In this document: positions 57,064 to 64,000 of the stretch, in pieces
How positions within the stretch are numbered: position 1 is the stretch's first letter
Layout of the letters: each line of letters opens with the position of its first letter
NCBI GenBank assembly: GCA_964016885.1
Contig: OZ024748.1
Coordinates: forward strand, 38,378,001 to 38,442,000
DNA from: Eledone cirrhosa
Lineage: Eukaryota
Reading direction: 5' to 3'
Length of the DNA stretch: 64,000 nucleotides
Notes under the pieces: generated by a model
Seen by the model: the letters and a program-made list of their open reading frames with translations, nothing else
What the model was told of the DNA's origin: nothing
Database searches by the model: none
Program-made: the position numbers and the translations under genes

Positions 57064-59603
57064 TCATCATCATCATCATCATCAGCGTTTAACGTCCGTG
57101 TTCCACGCTTGCATGGGTTTGGACGGGGGTAGTCCCACTTGAGGCAAGAGTGATTGTCTTGCTCGCATAGGACTGTCTGGCAGGTTTTCTACAGTTGGAT
57201 GCCCTTCCTAACACCAACCACATTTACAGTGTGGGTCTGGGAGGTTTTTACCGTGTTGCCTACACGGCCACATTACAGCGTGGACTGTGTGTTTTTTTGT
57301 CGTGACACCTACACGATCTCATTTGTTTCGGCCTCGATGGCGCGGCACCAACATAACTTTACATAGAACGGGGTGGTGTGGATCGGGTGGGGGTGGTGGG
57401 ACGGGGTGTATTTGTTAGAGATGCCTACTGGCTGGAGTAGGTTTTACTATATATTTAGGTAAGGCGGGTCTTCTCTGTTACTGAGTACCGCCAAAGGTCT
57501 CGGTCCAGTGACATTGTCTTGGAGAGGTGTAAGTGTGTGATGTCGGAGTTTATCAGCTCGTCCCAGGTTTTTCTAGGTCTGCCTATTCCGTGACTACCGT
57601 CTATCTTTATTGCCCTGCACTTTGTTATACAGCTATCGACTTTCATGCGCATCACGTGTCCATACCAACGTAGCCTTCTCTCGAGTAAACAACATCTGAT
57701 CCCTCTTATCTCTAATTTATTCCTTAGTTCGTTTATGCTTTGCCGTTCACGTATATTACTGTTACACATCCAGCGGAGCATGCAAGCTTCGTTCCTCTCT
57801 AGTCTGCGTATATCCTCTGCACACAATGCCCAGGTCTCACTGCCATGCAGCATTGCTGTTCGTATGCAGGCATCGTACAACCTGCCTTTCATTTTTAGTG
57901 AGAACCCTTTAGCAGCTAATAGTGGTATAAGCTCTCTGAACTTTTTCCAACCAGTTCTGACTCTAGCTACAGTACTTTCAGAGCACCCTCCCCCACTGCT
58001 GATTTTATCGCCCAGGTAACGGAAGCTGTCCACTATTTCTATAGAACCCTCTGCGCAATTGAAAGAGCTAGTAGTTTGTGGGCACTTGCTGCTACTTATT
58101 GCACCAGAGCACCGGCCACATGTAAAATCTATGTTCTTAGTTAGCCTACCTGTGATCCCACTACATCTTTTATGCACCCATACTTTGCATTTAGGACATA
58201 AAATGGAGTTTCTACCTACGCCTTTCCTACACACCGAGCACGACCATTTCCCAGAAGGGACCGCCGCCTTGTTTTCTTTCCTACAAACTAGTACTTTGGT
58301 CTTAGCCAGGTTAATTTTAAGTCCTTTTGACTCTAGGCCGTGCTTCCATGTTTGGAATTTCTTCTCTAGCTCGGCCATTGATTCCGCTATGAGTGTCAGG
58401 TCGTCTGCGTATAGGAGTTCCCATGGGCAGCCTGTCTTGAACTCCTCTGTTATGGCCTGAAGGGCAATAATAAATAGTAGTGGACTGAGAACAGAGCCCT
58501 GATGGACGCCGACTTTTACGCTAAACTCTTCACTATATTCGTTGTTAATTCTAACCTTGCTGACTGTTTCTTTATACATGGCTTGTATAGCCCTCACAAG
58601 CCATTCGTCAACGCCTAGTTTTCTAAGAGCCCACCAGATAATGGAGCGGGGGACTCTGTCGAAGGCTTTCTCCAAGTCGACAAAAGCTAAGTAGAGGGGT
58701 TTACCTTTAGCTAGGTACTTCTCTTGTAGTTGTCGTACTATGAAAAGAGCGTCTGTGGTACTTTTGCCTGACACAAACCCGAACTGCATTTCATCTAGGT
58801 CAATTCTCTCTCTGATTAGTTGCGCTATTACTCTTTCCGTGACCTTCATGACCTGGTCGATTAATTTAATGCCTCTATAGTTACTCCTATCTAGGGCGTC
58901 TCCTTTACCCTTATAACAGTTAACGATGATGCTGCTATGCCAGTCCTTCGGAACAACCCCGTTTTGTACGACTTGGTTAACTATGCGGGTGACCATGGTG
59001 TGTCCCACCGTGCCAGATGCCTTCAGCATCTCAGCAACTATTTCCGAAGGCCCAGCCGCCTTGCCAGTCTTCATATCCTTGATTGCCTTACTTATTATAC
59101 TCCCCTCGACTAACACTGCTGGTCCCTCTATTGGGTCGATATGGGGGAGACTGCCTTTCTCCCAATTATTCTCCTCATTTAGAAGCCTTTCATAGTGACA
59201 CTTCCAAGCTACCTTCTTATCAGCGTCGGTGATGGCAAGTGTGCCATCGTCGTTTAGTACACACTTCTCCCCGACAATATCACGGTTTTCCTTGACGCAT
59301 TGCCTAGCAATCCTGAACACCTCACGTTTTTGGTCATCGCGTTGTAGAACATGCTTGAACTTTCTTTCCTCAGCTTCCCTTCTTGCTAAGTACACTTGTC
59401 TCCTAGCTTCCCTCCTGGCCACTTGATAGTCCTCTCTACTTCCCCCATCCCGCCATACTTTCCAAGCCTGCTTTTTGGCCTTAATTGACCCCTCCACCTT
59501 ACTGTTCCACCACCATGTTACTCTCCTCCTGCCTACAGGCCTGCTCCAGCCACAGACCTCGTCTGTCGCCAACAGCAGGTTTGCTTTCAGAAATTCCCAC
59601 TCT

Positions 59604-59607
<4 letters not shown>
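57064..59607 (-). mobile_element. 5'-truncated RTE-clade LINE
   Basis: RT ORF, ~390-bp 3' UTR ending GGACGTTAAACGC(TGA)n; 5' end abuts (TA)n. Confidence 0.9.
57455..59572 (-). CDS. RTE reverse transcriptase (endonuclease missing) with PHD-like Cys/His insert
   Basis: KGDALDRSNYRGIKL, FVDLEKAFDRVP, GVHQGSVLSPLLF, LLYADD, CSVC...CPKC..WVHKRC...CGRC, RRLRWYGHVMR, GRPRKTW; start is a truncation point. Confidence 0.9.
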   Translation of the reverse strand: MATDEVCGWSRPVGRRRVTWWWNSKVEGSIKAKKQAWKVWRDGGSREDYQVARREARRQVYLARREAEERKFKHVLQRDDQKREVFRIARQCVKENRDIVGEKCVLNDDGTLAITDADKKVAWKCHYERLLNEENNWEKGSLPHIDPIEGPAVLVEGSIISKAIKDMKTGKAAGPSEIVAEMLKASGTVGHTMVTRIVNQVVQNGVVPKDWHSSIIVNCYKGKGDALDRSNYRGIKLIDQVMKVTERVIAQLIRERIDLDEMQFGFVSGKSTTDALFIVRQLQEKYLAKGKPLYLAFVDLEKAFDRVPRSIIWWALRKLGVDEWLVRAIQAMYKETVSKVRINNEYSEEFSVKVGVHQGSVLSPLLFIIALQAITEEFKTGCPWELLYADDLTLIAESMAELEKKFQTWKHGLESKGLKINLAKTKVLVCRKENKAAVPSGKWSCSVCRKGVGRNSILCPKCKVWVHKRCSGITGRLTKNIDFTCGRCSGAISSSKCPQTTSSFNCAEGSIEIVDSFRYLGDKISSGGGCSESTVARVRTGWKKFRELIPLLAAKGFSLKMKGRLYDACIRTAMLHGSETWALCAEDIRRLERNEACMLRWMCNSNIRERQSINELRNKLEIRGIRCCLLERRLRWYGHVMRMKVDSCITKCRAIKIDGSHGIGRPRKTWDELINSDITHLHLSKTMSLDRDLWRYSVTEKTRLT

Positions 59608-59659
<52 letters not shown>

Positions 59660-59669
<10 letters not shown>

Positions 59670-60015
59670 CCTCTAAATATTTATTCATATTATTATAACA
59701 TAGCTATGATGTTTAAGCAAAGCCTGCACTCACTAAGTTTCTCCAGTTAAACTTTGCTTAAACATCATAGCTATGTTATAATAATATGAATAAATATTTA
59801 GAGGTAATATATATATATAAGTTATTCCGGGTTGAATCGGGGGTAACCACAGTAAATAAGGTACTCAATACATTGCAGAGTATAAATGTTTTAATATAGA
59901 AAAGCCTCTACAGGACTAGAACCGTTTCTACGTGAGAAATCACCAGGAAGCTTCCTGATGATTTCTCACGAATGAAACAGTTCTAGTCCTGTAGAGGCTT
60001 TTCTATATTAAAATA
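59660..60015. repeat. Two adjacent fold-back modules (~59662-59812; ~59888-60012)
   Basis: Inverted arms; the second is centred on AGGAAGCTTCCT and has a CTGATGA...GAAAC remnant. Confidence 0.8.
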
Positions 60016-60099
60016 TATAAAACGGTGATGATGATGATGATATTTGACTCTGTGTGTAGGTGTCTGCATGGGTTTGTGTGTGCGTGTGACTGTGTTTGT

Positions 60100-60620
60100 T
60101 TGTGTGTGTGTAAGTGACTGTGTGTATAAGTGACTGTGTGTGTGTGTAAGTGACTGTGTGTGTAAGTGACTGTGTGTGTAAGTGACTGTGTGTGTAAGTG
60201 ACTGTGTGTGTGTAAGTGACTGTGTGTGTGTAAGTGACTGTGTGTATGTGTAAGTGATTGTGTGTGTGTGAAAGTGACTGTGTGTGTGTGTGTGTGTAAA
60301 TGACTGTGTGTGTAAGTGACTGCGTGTGCGTGTGTAAGTGATTGTGTGTGTGTGTAAGTGACTGTGTGTGTGTAAGTGACTGTGTGTGTGTGTAAGTGAC
60401 TGTGTGTGTGTAAGTGACTGTGTGTGTAAGTGACTGTGTGTAAGTGACTCTGTGTGTGTGTGTGTAAGTGACTGTGTGTGTGTGTGTAAGTGATTGTGTG
60501 TGTGTAAGTGACTGTGTGTGTGTAAGTGACTGTGTGTGTGTAAGTGACTATGTGTGTGTGTAAGTGACTGTGTGTGTGTGTGTAAGTGTCTGTGTGTAAG
60601 TGACTGTGTGTGTGTGTGTG
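60100..60620. repeat. (GTGTGTAAGTGACT)-type satellite just downstream of the msrA stop
   Basis: Direct inspection. Confidence 0.95.
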
Positions 60621-60680
60621 CAATATCTACCTTGCAATTACAATTCTTTAAACAGAACCTCTACTCTAGTTAATTTCCTA

Positions 60681-60980
60681 TCAAAGTTCTTGTCGTGGGC
60701 AAGAAATACCTGTACCACCGAGACCACAATAACCTGATGGGTTCTTATGCAGGTACTGTTGGTGGTAATCTTCAGCATAATAAAACTCTGGTGCAGGACG
60801 TATTTCAGTTGTTATATCTGGGTAACCTTTTGTTTTCAGAGCTTCTTGATATTTCTCTTTAGTGTCCTCGGCCTCCATCAGTTGTTTCTCACCATAGCAG
60901 TATATGGCCGACCGATAGGTTGTACCAATGTCGTTTCCTTGACGCATTCCTTGAGTTGGGTTGTGATTCTCCCAGAATAT
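60681..60980 (-). CDS. msrA: Peptide methionine sulfoxide reductase A, last coding exon
   Basis: [27 protein letters not shown]...[30 protein letters not shown]; acceptor TTATTATTGCAG| at 60981, phase 0; upstream exons not found in the window. Confidence 0.93.
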   Translation of the reverse strand: MFWENHNPTQGMRQGNDIGTTYRSAIYCYGEKQLMEAEDTKEKYQEALKTKGYPDITTEIRPAPEFYYAEDYHQQYLHKNPSGYCGLGGTGISCPRQEL

Positions 60981-60984
60981 CTGC

Positions 60985-61212
60985 AATAATAACAATAGTT
61001 TCTGATTTAGGCACAAGCCAGAAATTTTATTTTTGGGGGAGAGGGGAAAGTCGATTAAATATACCCCAGTTCATTACTGGTACTTTATTTTATCAACCCT
61101 GTAAGGATGAAAGGCAAAGCTAACCTTAGTGGGATTTGAACTCAGAATGTAAAGGGCCATAATTCTATGCCGCAATGCGTGTTGTCCGACACTCTACTGA
61201 TACTGCCTATCC
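60985..61212 (-). mobile_element. SINE abutting the msrA splice acceptor
   Basis: Shared core and B-box; tail CTTGTGCCTAAATCAGAAACTATTGTTATTATT runs into GCAG. Confidence 0.8.
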
Positions 61213-61412
61213 ACCTGTCAGACTAATAAAACTCCACCTGTCAGGTAAATAAAACCCCAATGTCAGGTAAATGATTCAAAGATCTATTAAAAGATCAAGG
61301 GGAAATTACTCTTAATGTTCTCTTTACTGACAATTATCAGGTGAATGGTTTTTAAAACAATTAAACATTCTATGGTGTTCTGTGAAGGAGGGGATCAGTT
61401 GTGAATGTTTAG

Positions 61413-61598
61413 TACCATATCTACTGGAATATAAGTCGAGGAATATGTCACCAATAAATCAATGGTAAAATGAAAGGTTGAGGTCAGGTTATATACGCCA
61501 CCTAGAGAATGTGTTGCCTCGGTTTATAAATGGGGGTTTGGATTTTTACCCATTTCTCAGACATAAAATAAAGGGTCAACTTATATTTGACTATGGTA
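61413..61598. mobile_element. Degenerate pogo-like MITE
   Basis: TACCATATCTACTGGAATATAAGTCGA ... TCAACTTATATTTGACTATGGTA. Confidence 0.4.
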
Positions 61599-61857
61599 AG
61601 CTAAACTATCAATATAATAAGCAAGGACTAGACTTGAATAAAATACTTGGATCATCCTGATTGAGTAAAAACCCTTAAAGATGGTGCCCCAGCATGGCCA
61701 CTGTAGTCAAACCCCTAAACCAGTAAAAGAGGGGTTTATTAGTGCCTATTGTTGATTTTTTCCTATGAGTTGACTTCCTGCTTGATTTAACAAACTTTTC
61801 ATGTTTCAAATTTATTGTTGGCATCAAGTTTCTTTCAGCAAACAGAAAACAGTGTCT

Positions 61858-62292
61858 GCTGCTACTACTACTGTTGTTGCCACTGCTGCTACTAATGCTA
61901 TTGCTGCTACTACTACTGCTGTTGCTACTGCTACTGCTGCAACCACTACTACTACTACTGCTGCTGCCACTACTGCTACTGATACTACTACTACTACTAC
62001 TACTACTACTGCTAATGTTACAACTACTGCTGCTACTACTACTGCTGCTGCTGCTGCTGCTACTACTGCTACTGTTACTACTACTGCTCATGCTACTACT
62101 GCTAATGTTACTACTACTGCTGCTGCTACTGGTACTACTGCTGCTACTGCTACTACTATTGCTGCTGCTGCTACTACTGCTGCTGCTACTACTACTACTG
62201 CTGCTACTACTGCTACTACTACTACTACTACTACTACTGCCACTATTACTACTGTTACTACTACTACTACTACTTCTGCTGTTGCTACTGCT
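61858..62292. repeat. (CTA/CTG)n trinucleotide repeat
   Basis: Direct inspection. Confidence 0.95.
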
Positions 62293-62415
62293 GTTAGTGG
62301 TATTGTCATAGTTTGTGTCCTTGTCTGTTGTATTGTTGTCTTTTGTTGTTGTTACACTGTTACTAGGTTACGTTATCTGTAAGCTGAAATGTTCGATTCT
62401 ATTCCAATATAAATA

Positions 62416-64000
62416 TGGCTTACATGACCCAACAGCCAGGTACTGGCTTATGTGACCCTACAGCAAGGTACTGGCTTACGTGACCCAACAGCAAGGTACT
62501 GGCTTATGTGACCCAACAGCAAGGTACTGACTTATGTGACCCAACAGCCAGCTACTGGCTTATGTGACCCTACAGCAAGGTACTGGCTTACGTGACCCAA
62601 CAGCAAGGTACTGGCTTATGTGACCCAATAGCAAGGTACTGGCTTATGTGACCCAACAGCAAGGTACTGGCTTATGTGACCCAACAGCCAGGTACTGGCT
62701 TACGTGACCCAACAGCCAGGTACTGGCTTATGTGACCCTACAGCAAGGTACTGGCTTATGTGACCCTACAGCAAGGTACTGGCTTATGTGACCCTACAGC
62801 CAGGTTCTGGCTTATGTGAACCTACAGCAAGGTACTGGCTTATGTGACCCAACAGCAAGGTACTGGCTTATGTGACCCAACAGCAAGGTATTGGCTTATG
62901 TGACCCAACAGCCAGGTACTAGCTTATGTGACCCAACAGCCAGGTACTGGCTTACGTGACCCTACAGCAAGGTACTGGCTTATGTGACCCAACAGCATGG
63001 TACTGGCTTATGTGACCCAACAGCCAGGTACTGGCTTATGTGACCCAACAGCCAGGTACTGGCTTATGTGACCCAACAGCAAGGTTCTGGCTTATGTGAC
63101 CCAATAGCAAGGTACTGGCTTATGTCACTCAACAGCCAGGTACTGGCTTACATGACCCAACAGCCAGGTACTGGCTTATGTGACCCAACAGCCAGGTACT
63201 GGCTTATGTGACCCAACAGCAAGGTACTGGCTTATGTGACCCAACAGCAAGGTACTGGCTTATGTGACCCAACAGCAAGGTACTGGCTTATGTGACCCAA
63301 CAGCAAAGTATTGGCTTATGTGACCCAACAGCAAGGTACTGGCTTATGTGACCCAACAGCAAGGTACTGGCTTATGTGACCCAACAGCAAAGTATTGGCT
63401 TATGTGACCCAATAGCAAGGTACTAGCTTATGTGACCCAACAGCAAGGTACTGGCTTATGTGACCCAACAGCAAGGTACTGGCTTATGTGACCCAACAGC
63501 AAAGTATTGGCTTATGTGACTCAATAGCAAGGTACTAGCTTATGTGACCCAACAGCAAGGTACTGGCTTATGTGACCCAACAGCAAGGTACTGGCTTACG
63601 TGACCCAACAGCAAGGTACTGGCTTATGTGACCCAACAGCAAAGTATTGGCTTATGTGACCCAACAGCAAGGTACTGGCTTATGTGACCCAACAGCAAAG
63701 TATTGGCTTATGTGACCCAATAGCAAGGTACTAGCTTATGTGACCCAACAGCAAGGTACTGGCTTATGTGACCCAACAGCAAGGTACTGGCTTATGTGAC
63801 CCAACAGCAAGGTTCTGGCTTATGTGACCCAATAGCAAGGTACTGGCTTATGTCACTCAACAGCCAGGTACTGGCTTACATGACCCAACAGCCAGGTACT
63901 GGCTTACGTGACCCAACAGCAAGGTACTGGCTTATGTGACCCAACAGCCAGGTACTGGCTTATGTGACCCAACAGCAAGGTACTGGCTTATGTGACCCAA
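62416..64000. repeat. 28-bp minisatellite (GGTACTGGCTTATGTGACCCAACAGCAA)n, intronic to msrA, runs off the right edge
   Basis: 28-bp periodicity, e.g. 63961 vs 63989. Confidence 0.98.

Noticed and set aside
60981-61016. [12 protein letters not shown] as the MsrA N-terminus or signal peptide
   Set aside because: Intronic SINE tail upstream of the AG acceptor; the catalytic GCFWG exon is not in the window

Overview
Eukaryotic, AT-rich, very repeat-dense animal DNA. The SINE families, (TA)n/(TG)n load and LINE set look like an octopod/coleoid cephalopod (inference). There are two host genes. (1) A laccase-type multicopper oxidase on the + strand: one 2-kb exon (28879-30889) holds the signal peptide and whole catalytic region, and a second exon (35247-35362), missed by the ORF track, adds a C-terminal transmembrane anchor (708 aa). 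(2) The last exon of methionine sulfoxide reductase A on the - strand (60681-60980), ending in RQEL. The rest is mobile or repetitive: an intact R4/Dong-type RT+REL retrotransposon between (TAA)n runs, a 5'-truncated RTE LINE, decayed Naiad-type Penelope-like elements, three Helitrons, a solo LTR, MITEs, many tRNA-derived SINEs and several minisatellites. The most striking hidden layer is about a dozen minimal type I hammerhead ribozyme motifs from several unrelated families, including a U3-A8 core variant. They mostly sit in fold-back (inverted-repeat) modules beside (TA)n tracts, consistent with a Penelope/retrozyme-like self-cleaving RNA system. Almost all short ORFs in the track are microsatellite artefacts.
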